Part shown: positions 19,266-29,270 of the stretch, one piece after another
Numbering within the stretch: the first letter of the stretch is position 1
Layout: every line of letters starts with the position of its first letter
Assembly: GCA_037441225.1 (NCBI GenBank)
Contig: JBBISU010000021.1
Location: 1-43,788, forward strand
DNA: 43,788 nt
Source of the DNA: Acidobacteriota bacterium
Lineage (GTDB): Bacteria > Acidobacteriota > Thermoanaerobaculia > UBA2201
Direction: 5' to 3'
Translations under genes and position numbers: made by a program
The notes under the pieces: model-generated
What the model was told of the DNA's origin: nothing
Seen by the model: the letters and a program-made list of their open reading frames with translations, nothing else
The model's database searches: none

Positions 19266-20791
19266 TTTTTTTAATTTTAATTTTGCCTCTAATTTGTCTT
19301 TCAGGAAAATGGGAAGAAGCAAAAAAAGCATATTCTATTGGTGAATTTGATAAGGCATTTAATCTTTATATTGAGATTGCTACTTCCTCAGAAAGCTTTC
19401 AAGAAAAGGCACAGGGCTTCCTTTATGCTGCTTGGTGCAAATATACTATGGGGGAAAAAGAAGAAATGAAGGTTTATATGAGGAAAGCAATAGATGAATG
19501 GGCTGAACTACCACTGGAAGAAGAGCTTTTCAATGAAGAATTTTCTGATTATTTCAAAACAATAAAAGGCGAAAAAATTCCCCAGATTTTTCCTGAAGAA
19601 AAAGATCAAATTTTAAACAAGATTGATGAATTAAATTTATTATTTCAAAATAGAAGATTTAAAGAATGTATAAATACGGGAAAACAAATTTCTTCAACTT
19701 TAAAATATAAACAAATACTTAAAATTTTAAGCGATTGCTATTTGTCACAAAACCAAATTGATGATGCTCTTGAAACATATAAAATTGCAGTAAAAGCACC
19801 TTTGTTTGTAAAAGAAGAAAAAATTTTAACCCCAGAGGCACAGATAAAAAAAGCAAGGTCTCTTTACAGGAGAGGAGAAAAAAAACAAGCATTGCAAATT
19901 TTAAATTCTCTTATATACTCATTTAATCCGCCAGCAGAAGTTTTTGCCCTATCTGGTTTAATATTTTTAGAAGATAATTTATATTTTGAAGCAGAAAAGG
20001 TTTTAAGTCAGGGGCTTTTGCTCAATAGCGGGAATTCTACTTATTATAATCTGTATGGCTTTGCTCTTTATGTGCAAGGAAAATATACAGAAGCAATAAA
20101 ATTATTTCAACAGGCAATATCAATTGATAAATTCAATGCCCCTGCAATGGCAAACCTTGCTTTGTGTTATCTTCAATTTAAAGAATTTTCAGCAGCAGAG
20201 ACATATTTTTCCCAAGCAATTTTGCTGGAGCCAACAAATAGTTTTTATTTAAAAGAGTTTGGGAAAGCCCTTTTACTTTCTGGAAAATATAAAGAATCAA
20301 TCGTCAAATTTTCTGAAAGCATAAAATATGAAAAAGATCCAACTTTGGTTTATTATTTAAGAGGGCTTGCATATCTTTTTGATAAAGATTATGAAAATGC
20401 TTTTAAAGATTTGAATAATTATCTTTTAAAGAAAAGTGATGATATTAAGGCAATTGAATTTTATGGGGTTCTTTTAAAGGAGCAAAATCAATGTCCAAAA
20501 GCAATTGAATATTTAAAAAAGTCCAATTCTGAATATGCAAAAAGAGCCCTTGCCCAGTGTTATTTGAAAGAAAACAAACCAGAAGAAGCATTAAATTTGC
20601 TCCTCGAGCTTAAAGAAGATGTTCCAATTTTAAATGATTTAGCATATTGTTATTTAATGCTTGGAGAATTTAAAAAAGCTTATGAAACAGTGAGCAAAAT
20701 CCCTCAAAATAGAAGGGCAGGCAAAATCCTTGAAAATATAGAAACAGTTGAAAAAATTTTTAATGCTCGTTTTGCCTTTGGCTTGGAATAG
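19235..20791 (+). CDS. Exported multi-TPR protein
   Basis: Signal-like N-terminus; many TPRs (YYNLYGFALYVQGKYTEA, AMANLALCY, YYLRGLAY). Confidence 0.85.
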   Translation: MDNNSYSRKLIFLILILPLICLSGKWEEAKKAYSIGEFDKAFNLYIEIATSSESFQEKAQGFLYAAWCKYTMGEKEEMKVYMRKAIDEWAELPLEEELFNEEFSDYFKTIKGEKIPQIFPEEKDQILNKIDELNLLFQNRRFKECINTGKQISSTLKYKQILKILSDCYLSQNQIDDALETYKIAVKAPLFVKEEKILTPEAQIKKARSLYRRGEKKQALQILNSLIYSFNPPAEVFALSGLIFLEDNLYFEAEKVLSQGLLLNSGNSTYYNLYGFALYVQGKYTEAIKLFQQAISIDKFNAPAMANLALCYLQFKEFSAAETYFSQAILLEPTNSFYLKEFGKALLLSGKYKESIVKFSESIKYEKDPTLVYYLRGLAYLFDKDYENAFKDLNNYLLKKSDDIKAIEFYGVLLKEQNQCPKAIEYLKKSNSEYAKRALAQCYLKENKPEEALNLLLELKEDVPILNDLAYCYLMLGEFKKAYETVSKIPQNRRAGKILENIETVEKIFNARFAFGLE

Positions 20792-22295
20792 ATATTATTA
20801 AAAAGTCCTCACCTAATCTTTCCTGTTTAAAATTTATTTCACATAATTTTTTTAATTCTTTTGGTAGTTTATCAAAATTTTTTCCCTTTATTAAAATAAA
20901 TTTCCCTTCCTTTAATTTTTCTTCCAATTCTTCATTTTTGTGAAGTTCTATGAACTTTTTCTTTGAATAATACAAAAAAGATGGTTTTATATCCCAAAAA
21001 GAATAACCAAATTTATCATTTTTTGATAAGCATTTATATTTCAAAGAAGTTTCTTTTAAAGAAATGTTATAAGTTAAAGGATAAAAAATGACAGATAAAA
21101 ATATGCAAAAAATTAAAGAAAAAATTGAAAATAGATAGGGGAAATAATTATTTTTGAAAAAAAATAAAAGGAAAGTTAAGGAAATCCAAAGGAATAGAAA
21201 TTCAATATTTTTTATATAAGGAAATATTTCAGTATATTTGACACTATTTTTATAAATAAAAAAACCAAAAACTATAAATAATATTGAAATTGTACTTATT
21301 GTAACTTTTATTTTAATTTTTTTAGAAAGCAAGAATTTTGAAATGTATAAAGATAAAGGAAAAGATAAAGGTAAAAGGTAAATTGAAATTTTCCCAGAAA
21401 TTAAAGAAAAAATAATAAAAGGAATTAAAAACCATAAAAAAAAGAAACTTTCACCTTTAAATTTTTCTTTTTTAAAAAGAGGAAAGGGTAAAAAAAATGT
21501 ATAAGGGAAGAAAGACAGAGGAAGCATATATATGTAATAATAAATTGGCCTTTTATGGGCAAAAGAAGAATGCATTCTACCTAATGTTTGTCTTTGAAAT
21601 ATCTCTTTAAAAGGTTCCAAGCCCAATTTATTGTATAAAAGAAAAAGCCAGAAAAGGACTGGAAGGAAAGAAAAAAATAAATTTAAGGGATGAAAAAGAA
21701 ATTTGAAAACCTTTTTTTCTTTTTCAATAATTCCATAAAATAATGGAACTGCCCAAAACCAAATAAAAGAGACAGGTCCTTTTGTTAAAAGGGCAAAAGC
21801 AAAAGACAAACCATATAACAATTCTAAATTTTTTTTATCTTTCAATATCTTTAAAAACAAAAGATAATATGAAAAAATAACAAAAAATGTTAATACTATA
21901 TCCATTCTAACTGCTTTTGATAAAAAATGAAATTGAATTGAAGAAAATAAAACTAAAATTGAAAGAAAAATTTCATTTTTTTTTATTTCAAATAATTTTA
22001 AAATTTTAAAGAAAATTATTAGGGTTAAAACTGAAAAAAATTGAGATGGAAATATGTATGAAAATTTATTTTCACCAAAGATTTTTTGAGAAAAAATTAA
22101 AATATAAAAATATAAAGGACCTTTGTCTAAATATAATTCATAATTATATATTGGATATAAGAAATTTTTTGCCTCCAGCATTTCCCTTGAAATTTCAACA
22201 TATTTTAATTCATCAGGCTCTGTAAACTCCCTTGAATAACTGTAAATAAATATTGAGAAAATAATTAAAAGAAATATTAAATATTTTAAATTCAA
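20760..22295 (-). CDS. ArnT/PMT-like GT-C membrane glycosyltransferase
   Basis: PDELKYVEISREM, YLDKGPL, RMD, LTKGPV, H.RP.YYY, many TMs. Start revised to TTG 22295, just after the secF stop. Confidence 0.85.
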   Translation of the reverse strand: MNLKYLIFLLIIFSIFIYSYSREFTEPDELKYVEISREMLEAKNFLYPIYNYELYLDKGPLYFYILIFSQKIFGENKFSYIFPSQFFSVLTLIIFFKILKLFEIKKNEIFLSILVLFSSIQFHFLSKAVRMDIVLTFFVIFSYYLLFLKILKDKKNLELLYGLSFAFALLTKGPVSFIWFWAVPLFYGIIEKEKKVFKFLFHPLNLFFSFLPVLFWLFLLYNKLGLEPFKEIFQRQTLGRMHSSFAHKRPIYYYIYMLPLSFFPYTFFLPFPLFKKEKFKGESFFFLWFLIPFIIFSLISGKISIYLLPLSFPLSLYISKFLLSKKIKIKVTISTISILFIVFGFFIYKNSVKYTEIFPYIKNIEFLFLWISLTFLLFFFKNNYFPYLFSIFSLIFCIFLSVIFYPLTYNISLKETSLKYKCLSKNDKFGYSFWDIKPSFLYYSKKKFIELHKNEELEEKLKEGKFILIKGKNFDKLPKELKKLCEINFKQERLGEDFLIISIPSQRQNEH

Positions 22296-22302
22296 TACTA
22301 TA

Positions 22303-23436
22303 TTATCTTCTTTTTCTTTCAAATTTATTTTTTGTAAATGCCCAGGCAAGAGGAGAAGCAATTGCAATGGAGGAATAAGTTCCGACAATAATTCCTATAA
22401 ATAAAACAAAAGCAAAGTTATGGATGACTGAACCACCAAGGAAAAAGAGACAAACAACTACAATAAAGGTTGTTCCAGAAGTGATAATTGTCCTGGATAA
22501 AGTTTCATTTATAGAATTATTAATTATTTCTTCAAGGGTTGTTCCTTTTCTCAATCTAATATTTTCTCTTATTCTGTCAAAGACAATTACTGTATCATTT
22601 ATTGAATAACCTACAAGAGTAAGTAGTGCAGCAATAACTGTCAAATCAATGGATCTGTTAAAAAAGACCAAAAAAGAAAGAGCAATTAAAACATCATGGA
22701 ATAAAGCAATTACCGCACCTGCCCCATAAGCAAAATGCCTGAATCTAAACCAGATATATAAAAGCATCCCCAAAAGAGAAAATATAACTGCAAAAGCTGC
22801 CTTTTTTTGCAAGTCCTTTCCAATTTTTGGTCCAACACTTTCAGCATTTAAAATTGAAAAAGGACCTAAGAATGCTTTTTCTTTTATATATGAATAGAAT
22901 TCTGGTTTCATTCCTTTTAAATTTTTTAATTCTTCTATTGAACTTATAATGCCCTTCTCTTTTTTATAATCCGCAAAACTTTGTGAAAGGATTGAAATTT
23001 CTTCTTCTTTCCCAGAAAAATTTTCTTGCAAAAATAACTCAAAAGTTGATTTTCCTGCAAGATTTAAATCAAAACCCTCACCTTTGCTTAAATTTTGAGT
23101 TAGAATTTTTTGCAAAACAGTAATTGTTTCACCTTCTTTCCCTGGTATATTTAAAACCTTCATTAAATATTCATTAAGTCCTGGTTCATCATATTCTTGA
23201 ATTGTTGAATCTTTAAAACCATTATCTGCCAAAATTTTTCTTAAATTAGAAAGATTTGGTTTTTCCTGAAATTTTAATGTAAGCTGAGTTCCACCTGCAA
23301 AATCAATTCCAATATTGAAACCACCTCTTAAAAAATAAGCAAAAAATCCCATAATTATTAAAATTAAAGAAATTAAAATAAAGTAATATTTTAGATTCAT
23401 AAAAGGAATTTTTGGATTTTTAAATATTCTAATCAT
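22303..23436 (-). CDS. secF: Protein translocase subunit SecF
   Basis: GIDFAGG, SVGPKIG, HDV, GYSINDTVIVFDRIRE, GTYSS. Confidence 0.97.
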   Translation of the reverse strand: MIRIFKNPKIPFMNLKYYFILISLILIIMGFFAYFLRGGFNIGIDFAGGTQLTLKFQEKPNLSNLRKILADNGFKDSTIQEYDEPGLNEYLMKVLNIPGKEGETITVLQKILTQNLSKGEGFDLNLAGKSTFELFLQENFSGKEEEISILSQSFADYKKEKGIISSIEELKNLKGMKPEFYSYIKEKAFLGPFSILNAESVGPKIGKDLQKKAAFAVIFSLLGMLLYIWFRFRHFAYGAGAVIALFHDVLIALSFLVFFNRSIDLTVIAALLTLVGYSINDTVIVFDRIRENIRLRKGTTLEEIINNSINETLSRTIITSGTTFIVVVCLFFLGGSVIHNFAFVLFIGIIVGTYSSIAIASPLAWAFTKNKFERKRR

Positions 23437-23445
23437 ATTTCCTCC

Positions 23446-24996
23446 CTATATGCTTAAGCTTTTAACTCTTTCTTTGTATTTATAAAAGAAGTCAAAGATT
23501 GTTCTTGATACAAAAACAGCAGTAAACATTGAAACCAAAAGCCCAACAATTAAAGTTATTGCAAAACCCTTAATTGGTCCCGTTCCAAACTGGAAAAGAA
23601 AAAGCCCTGCAATAATTGTTGTAAGGTTTGAATCAATAATTGTTGCAAGTGCCCTTGAAAAACCAAGAGAAATTGCTGCTTTAATTGACTTTCCTGCTAA
23701 AAGTTCTTCCCTTATCCTTTCAAAGATTAATACATTTGCATCAACAGCCATACCAACTGTTAAAATAATACCTGCAATTCCAGGAAGGGTTAGCACTGCT
23801 TTTAAATATGATATTATTCCAAATAAAATTATTATATTTAAAATTAATGCAACAATTGCGTTTAATCCTGAGAGACGATAATAAAAAAGCATAAAAAGCA
23901 TAATCAAAAGCAAGCCAAGAATACCTGATTTTATGCCTCTTTCAATAGAGTCCCTCCCCAAAGAAGGACCAACTGTCCTTTCTTCCAGATATATTACAGA
24001 AGCAGGAAGTGATCCAGACCTTAAAACAAGTGCTAAGTCCTCTGCTTCTTCAATTGTGAAATTTCCTTCAATTTCAGCATCTGGCGTTGTAATTTTGTCT
24101 TTTATAACTGGTGCTGACATAATTTGATTATCTAAAACAATTGCAAGCCTTCTTCCAACATTGTCACCTGTTACCTTAGCAAATTTTTTGCTTCCAGTGG
24201 CATTTAAGGAAAATTGAACATTTGGCTTTCCATATCTATCAACACCTCTTTTTGCATTTTTTAAATCCCTTCCAGAAATTGATGCCTTTTTTTCAACAGA
24301 ATAGTAATATCTCCTTCCTCCTTCCCCCCTTTCTTTTGCTGGAAGGATTTCAAGGTTGTTTGGAAGGTTTCCTCCATAAGCCTGTACTAATGCTTCCTTA
24401 TCTTCTGTTGGTCCCTTGTCCACCAGTTTTAATTCCAAAACAGCCGTTGCTTTTATAATTTCCTTTACCCTTTCAGGATCATCAACACCTGGAAGTTGAA
24501 CTACAATTCTATTCGTTGTGCCCTGTCTTAAAATTGTTGGTTCTGCAAGGCCTAAGGCATCAACCCTGTTCCTTACTGTTTCAAGTGCCTGCCTCACTGC
24601 TAATTCTTCCCTATCTCTTTGAGTTGCAGCTCTCATTTTTATAGTTAACCTATCTCCTGTTTGGCTTATGTCCCATCCTGGAAGATTTTCTTTTGCAAGA
24701 TCCAAAGCATCTTTTACCCTTTCTTGAGGAACTCTTATTGAAGATGTCTTTTCATCTATAAATTCTTTTTCTTCAATTGCAATTCCTTCTTTTTTTAATT
24801 TTTCTTGCAAGAAATCAAAGGCATCGTTTCTGTCAGCAACAAGAGCATCTTGTGTCTGGACTTCCAAAACAAGATGGCTCCCACCTTTTAGGTCCAAACC
24901 TAATTTTATCTTTTTCTCTGGTGGGTAAAGAAAAAATATAGTTACAACTAAAACAATAAAAATTAAAATAAATCTCCATAAAATATCTTTTTTCAT
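23446..24996 (-). CDS. secD: Protein translocase subunit SecD
   Basis: LGLDLKGG, RNRVDALG, VGPSLG, GMAVDANVLIFERIREE. Confidence 0.97.
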   Translation of the reverse strand: MKKDILWRFILIFIVLVVTIFFLYPPEKKIKLGLDLKGGSHLVLEVQTQDALVADRNDAFDFLQEKLKKEGIAIEEKEFIDEKTSSIRVPQERVKDALDLAKENLPGWDISQTGDRLTIKMRAATQRDREELAVRQALETVRNRVDALGLAEPTILRQGTTNRIVVQLPGVDDPERVKEIIKATAVLELKLVDKGPTEDKEALVQAYGGNLPNNLEILPAKERGEGGRRYYYSVEKKASISGRDLKNAKRGVDRYGKPNVQFSLNATGSKKFAKVTGDNVGRRLAIVLDNQIMSAPVIKDKITTPDAEIEGNFTIEEAEDLALVLRSGSLPASVIYLEERTVGPSLGRDSIERGIKSGILGLLLIMLFMLFYYRLSGLNAIVALILNIIILFGIISYLKAVLTLPGIAGIILTVGMAVDANVLIFERIREELLAGKSIKAAISLGFSRALATIIDSNLTTIIAGLFLFQFGTGPIKGFAITLIVGLLVSMFTAVFVSRTIFDFFYKYKERVKSLSI

Positions 24997-25005
24997 ATAA
25001 CCCCC

Positions 25006-25293
25006 TTATATTTCTTCTTTTTCTACCCCAGGCTGGAGACCTGATATGGCAGAGCGAGCAATTCTAATTTTTGTATTTTCTGAAATTTTTAAAACTACTG
25101 TATCATCTTCTAAGGCAATTATTGTTCCATAAATTCCACCTGTTGTGATTATCTTGTCACCTTTTTTTAGATTTCTTAAAAATTCCCTTAGTTCTTTTTG
25201 CTTTTTTTGCATAGGCCTTATAAGCAAAAAGTAAAAAATTAAAAATACAATAATAATTGGTAAAAATCCTAATATAGGGTTATTCTGATTCAA
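25006..25293 (-). CDS. yajC: Preprotein translocase subunit YajC
   Basis: FYFLLIRPMQK, LKKGDKIITTGGIYG; TTG start with AGGAGG SD. Confidence 0.96.
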   Translation of the reverse strand: MNQNNPILGFLPIIIVFLIFYFLLIRPMQKKQKELREFLRNLKKGDKIITTGGIYGTIIALEDDTVVLKISENTKIRIARSAISGLQPGVEKEEI

Positions 25294-25317
25294 AATATTT
25301 ACCTCCTAATTAAAGAT

Positions 25318-26379
25318 TTAAATTAAATCTATATTTTGCCTTAAATTTGAAATAAAGTCAAGATAAAAATACAAATTATGCAAAGTAGCAAGAAAATATG
25401 CAACAATTTCCTTTTGATGGTACATTGTGCTGAGGAAACTTAAAGTGTAATTTTTACAGGTGGGACAGGAGCAATTATCATCAGGTGGTTTAAAAATCTC
25501 CTTATACTTGGAGGACTTGTAATTTATTACACCCTTTGATGTAAAGATTTGTCCATTTCTGGCATTTCTTGTAGGAATAACACAATCAAATAAATCAACT
25601 CCAAACTTTATTGCTTTTTCTATGTCCTCTAAGAATCCAAAACCCATAAGATATCTTGGCTTCTCTTCTGGTAAGTTTTCCGCAACTGCACCAACTATTT
25701 CAAATGTTTTTTCTTTTTCTTCGCCAAGTCCCAAGCCCCCTATTCCAAAGCCATCAAAATCTAAATCTTTAAGATTTCTTGCTGTTTTTTCTCTTAATTT
25801 TAAATCAGTACCACCTTGAATTATCCCAAAAAGAGAGAATTTTTCCCTATTCCATACTTTTAAAGAGTTTACAGCCCATTTTTCAGTAATAGAAACTGCT
25901 TTTTCTATTTCTCTTAAAGAAGAATTAGGATGTGGGCAATAATCTAAAACCATACCAATATCACAACCCATTTTTTCTTCAAAAAGTACAACATCTTCTG
26001 GTTTTAAATTAATTTTCTTCCCAGAACGGGGATCAATAAATAAAACACCTTTTTCTTCTATTTTTCTATGGCTTTTCAAAGAATAAATCTGATAACCGCC
26101 ACTATCAAATAATATTGGCAAATCAATTGAAAAATAATTGTGGACTCCACCACTTTTTTCAATTAATTCAACTCCTGGTTTAAAAATCAAGTGCAGTAGA
26201 TTCATTAAAATTATATTTGCATTTAAATTTTTTAAAAAATAAGATGGGATTGATTTAACTGTTCCATAAGTTGCAACAGGCATAAAAGCAGGTGTCTCAA
26301 TTTCTCCATTCTTTGTAGTTATTATTCCCTTCCTTGCCTTTGTTTTATTACTCTTTTTTAATATTTTAAACTTTACCAT
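25318..26379 (-). CDS. tgt: tRNA-guanine(34) transglycosylase
   Basis: TPAFMPVAT, DSGGYQ, GIIQGG, PRYLMG, FDCVIPTRNARNG, Zn site CSCPTC...HN; canonical tgt-yajC-secDF order. Confidence 0.95.
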   Translation of the reverse strand: MVKFKILKKSNKTKARKGIITTKNGEIETPAFMPVATYGTVKSIPSYFLKNLNANIILMNLLHLIFKPGVELIEKSGGVHNYFSIDLPILFDSGGYQIYSLKSHRKIEEKGVLFIDPRSGKKINLKPEDVVLFEEKMGCDIGMVLDYCPHPNSSLREIEKAVSITEKWAVNSLKVWNREKFSLFGIIQGGTDLKLREKTARNLKDLDFDGFGIGGLGLGEEKEKTFEIVGAVAENLPEEKPRYLMGFGFLEDIEKAIKFGVDLFDCVIPTRNARNGQIFTSKGVINYKSSKYKEIFKPPDDNCSCPTCKNYTLSFLSTMYHQKEIVAYFLATLHNLYFYLDFISNLRQNIDLI

Positions 26380-27026
26380 TATTGAGGAGTTTTTGTATAA
26401 CTTTCAACAGAAAAATCTTTTGGAATTTTTAAGTCAAAAAAATCACCTTCTAATGGAATATCTATTTTTAAATCTTTAAACTCTATATAAGTAGTATCAT
26501 TATCCTTTTCAATAATTTCAATTGATTTTGGAAGAAAAGTGCTTTTGTCTATGATGAGAGACCAACTTTTCCAGTATTTCTTAAGTTTAAATGTCTGAGG
26601 GATTAAAACTAAAAGATCTTCCATTTCCCTTATCCTCAATTCAATAGTAAAATGGTTTTTGAGCTTTTTTAAAGGTTCCTGAGCAAATAAAATAGAAAAT
26701 ATTTTACCTCTCAATCTTGCTATTTTACCAACTTTTACTTTTTTAAGTGCTGGATAATAAATTTGAAATTTTTCTTTGTCTATGAAAATTATATAGTTTT
26801 CTGGCTTTATGTATTCCCATCTTATATAGTCAGGTTTTTTAATATATACCATACCTGACAACTCCTGAGGAATTTTAAAGAGTTTAGATGTTTTTTTTTG
26901 ATAAAAAGATGCTTGAAGTGTGTTTATATCATTTTGCACTTTTTGCATATTTTCAAGAAGGAATTCAATATTTTCCTCAGCAAATAAACAAAAATTAAAA
27001 AACAAAAAAAATAAGATAATTTTCAT
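26379..27026 (-). CDS. lolA: Outer-membrane lipoprotein carrier LolA-family protein
   Basis: Signal peptide; TLQASFYQ, G.VYIKKP..IRWEY.KP, F.LKIP C-terminal pattern. Confidence 0.82.
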   Translation of the reverse strand: MKIILFFLFFNFCLFAEENIEFLLENMQKVQNDINTLQASFYQKKTSKLFKIPQELSGMVYIKKPDYIRWEYIKPENYIIFIDKEKFQIYYPALKKVKVGKIARLRGKIFSILFAQEPLKKLKNHFTIELRIREMEDLLVLIPQTFKLKKYWKSWSLIIDKSTFLPKSIEIIEKDNDTTYIEFKDLKIDIPLEGDFFDLKIPKDFSVESYTKTPQ

Positions 27027-27034
27027 AAAAAAAT

Positions 27035-27085
27035 ATTTTATAATAAAAATTGCCTCTTGACAATAGATTAAACTTTTGGTTTAAT
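27035..27085. promoter_or_regulatory. Overlapping divergent promoters (lolA operon / FYDLN-folK)
   Basis: Minus: TTGTCA (27063-27058)-17-TAAAAT (27040-27035)-8 nt-ATG. Plus: TTGACA (27057-27062)-17-TTTAAT (imperfect -10). Confidence 0.5.
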
Positions 27086-27111
27086 AAAAAACTTTATTTT
27101 ATGAGGTGTTT

Positions 27112-27402
27112 ATGGTTAAGTTAGGCAAGAAGCATACTTGCACAAATAAAGATTGTGGAATAAAGTTTTACGACTTAGGTAAAAAAGAGATAATTTGTCC
27201 TCGCTGTCATAAAAAGATAACAGAGGAAGAAGAAAAGCAGTTAATTGAAAAGAAAGTTAAAACCATTTCTTTTGAGGAAGAGGTGGAAAAAGAAGAAGAA
27301 TTGGTTGAAGAGGTAACCGAAGAAGAAAAGGATTTACTTGAAGAAGAATACATTGAAGAAGATTATTCCGACTTTGAATCCTTTGAATACGAAGAAGAAT
27401 AA
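27112..27402 (+). CDS. FYDLN_acid (TIGR02300-like) zinc-ribbon protein
   Basis: LGKKHTC...CGIKFYDLGK...CPRC plus acidic tail; ATG 27112 with GAGGT SD. Confidence 0.88.
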   Translation: MVKLGKKHTCTNKDCGIKFYDLGKKEIICPRCHKKITEEEEKQLIEKKVKTISFEEEVEKEEELVEEVTEEEKDLLEEEYIEEDYSDFESFEYEEE

Positions 27403-27901
27403 AGTTTCTTATATTTTAGGAATAGGAAGCAATTTACCAATACCTGAAAAAAACATAATTAAAGCTCTAATTTTTATAAAAAAACAAAAAGATATAAAGC
27501 TTTTAAAATATTCTTCCCTTTACTTATCCGAACCTTTTGGCTATAAAGATCAGCCAATTTTTGTAAACTGTGCTGCATTAATTGAAACAAATTTATTCCC
27601 TTTAGAACTTTTAAAAAAATTAAAAAAAATGGAAAAAAAATTGGGAAGGGTTAAAACATTTAAAAATGGACCGAGGAAGATTGATATAGATATATTATTA
27701 TGTAGTGATTATAGTGTAAACTACAAAAAACTGAAAATTCCACATAAGAGATTTCAAGAAAGGGCTTTTGAGTTTCTTCCTGCTCTGGAGATTGCTCCTG
27801 ATTTCAAAAATCCTCTTTTAAATAAGACATTAAAAGAGATAAGTAAAGAAATAAGTTTTAAAATAAAAGCTTATAAATCAATAAAAGTAAAAATTACTTA
27901 A
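27383..27901 (+). CDS. folK: 2-amino-4-hydroxy-6-hydroxymethyldihydropteridine diphosphokinase
   Basis: LGIGSN, SSLY.SEP, Q..FVN, GPRKIDIDIL, IPH...ERAF. Exact start uncertain (TTG 27338 or 27383). Confidence 0.92.
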   Translation: MNTKKNKVSYILGIGSNLPIPEKNIIKALIFIKKQKDIKLLKYSSLYLSEPFGYKDQPIFVNCAALIETNLFPLELLKKLKKMEKKLGRVKTFKNGPRKIDIDILLCSDYSVNYKKLKIPHKRFQERAFEFLPALEIAPDFKNPLLNKTLKEISKEISFKIKAYKSIKVKIT

Positions 27902-28403
27902 GTTTGGCAAATTTTTCTTCAATTCTTTTTTGAGTATTTAAATCTAATTCCTTATTTTCCTCTAAAATAACTTTTATATCTTTTAAATTCTCTGCAAAAA
28001 GGTTTATTTTTTCTATATCCTCTGAAACAGGAAAATTAGAAATAAGTTTTTCCATTAATTCAATCTCTTTTTTATATTTCTCTTTTTGTTCAATATTTTC
28101 AATTGGAAGTTTTTTATAAATGTTTTCTAATTTTATGGTTAAGTTATAGATTCCACCTTTTTTTTCTTCCACATTTAAAAATTTTTTTTCAATTATTACA
28201 ATTGTTATCATATATGATAAGAATAAAAATCCAACAAAAAAAATTAAATAATAAAGAAAATTTGATTTCTTTTCTTCTACTTTTTCAACAGTAATAGAAA
28301 AAGGTTTAAACTTTGAAAATACCAAACCACATTTTATGCATTCTTCTGCTTCTTTTGGATTTTGAGTTCCACAATTGGGGCAATACCTGAATGATTGGCT
28401 CAT
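27894..28403 (-). CDS. Zinc-ribbon + TM membrane protein
   Basis: CPNCG...CIKCG; TM YLIFFVGFLFLSYMITIVII; preceded by TGtTATAAT 6 nt upstream. Confidence 0.8.
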   Translation of the reverse strand: MSQSFRYCPNCGTQNPKEAEECIKCGLVFSKFKPFSITVEKVEEKKSNFLYYLIFFVGFLFLSYMITIVIIEKKFLNVEEKKGGIYNLTIKLENIYKKLPIENIEQKEKYKKEIELMEKLISNFPVSEDIEKINLFAENLKDIKVILEENKELDLNTQKRIEEKFAKLK

Positions 28404-28510
28404 ATTTAAATTATAACATAATAAATGATGTGAAAGTTTGAATTTGACAGAAGGTTTTTATCCTGTTAATTTTTGGGGCAGATCTTTTATTGCTAATTTC
28501 CTTTATTAAT

Positions 28511-29242
28511 TCAAAGTTTCTTAAATAGCAAAAAATATTCTTGGTTTCCTTTTTGCCCTTTTAAAGGAGAAGCAAAAAAATTTATAAAATTAAAATTTAA
28601 ATTTTCAACAAATTTTATTATTTCTTCCATTTTTTCTTTAACTTTTTCTTCCTTTTTAACTATTCCACCTTTTCCAACATCTTTTCTTCCAACTTCAAAT
28701 TGGGGCTTGTAAAGAGGCAATAGAAGCCCTTCCTTTTTTAAGATTGAAATAAGAGGTGGAATTACCAATTTTAAACTGATAAAAGAAACATCAATGGTTA
28801 TTAAATCTACTTTTTCTGGTATAGTATCTTCTTTAAAAAACCTTACATTTAAATTTTCAAACAAAATTATCCTTTCATTTTTTTTCAGATTTTCATTTAA
28901 AAGATTTCTTCCTACATCAATGGCGTAAATTTTTTTTGCACCAAATTTTAGGAGGCAATCTACAAATCCCCCAGTGGAAGAGCCAACATCAAGGCAGATT
29001 AAATCTTTTACATTTAAATTAAAATTTAAGATTGCTCCTTCTAATTTATATCCTCCCCTTGATACATATTTTGGCTTTTCCTTTAAAAAAATCTCAATAT
29101 CTTCATTAACTAACAATCCAGGTTTATCCAAAACCTTTCCTTTTGTGTAAACCACACCTTCTCTTATCAAGCTTTGGGCTTTTTGTCTTGTTTCTACTAA
29201 ACCCCTTTGAACTAAAAGCAAATCAAGACGCAACTTTGACAT
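28511..29242 (-). CDS. tlyA: TlyA-family rRNA 2'-O-methyltransferase (S4 + FtsJ)
   Basis: RLDLLLV.RGL, YVSRGGYKL, LDVGSSTGGF, IDVSFISL, KPQFE, GNQEY. Confidence 0.95.
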   Translation of the reverse strand: MSKLRLDLLLVQRGLVETRQKAQSLIREGVVYTKGKVLDKPGLLVNEDIEIFLKEKPKYVSRGGYKLEGAILNFNLNVKDLICLDVGSSTGGFVDCLLKFGAKKIYAIDVGRNLLNENLKKNERIILFENLNVRFFKEDTIPEKVDLITIDVSFISLKLVIPPLISILKKEGLLLPLYKPQFEVGRKDVGKGGIVKKEEKVKEKMEEIIKFVENLNFNFINFFASPLKGQKGNQEYFLLFKKL

Positions 29243-29264
29243 TTTTTCTCTTTAATTATATAAT
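29236..29264 (+). promoter_or_regulatory. Perfect consensus sigma70 promoter 6 nt before GTG 29271; probable leaderless transcript
   Basis: TTGACA (29236-29241)-17 bp-TATAAT (29259-29264)-attatt-GTG; the -35 overlaps the tlyA start codon. Confidence 0.75.
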
Positions 29265-29270
29265 ATTATT

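Noticed and set aside
22296-22388. N-terminal extension of the ArnT-like ORF as given in the track
   Set aside because: It overlaps secF by 86 bp; an in-frame TTG at 22295 directly precedes the first TM.
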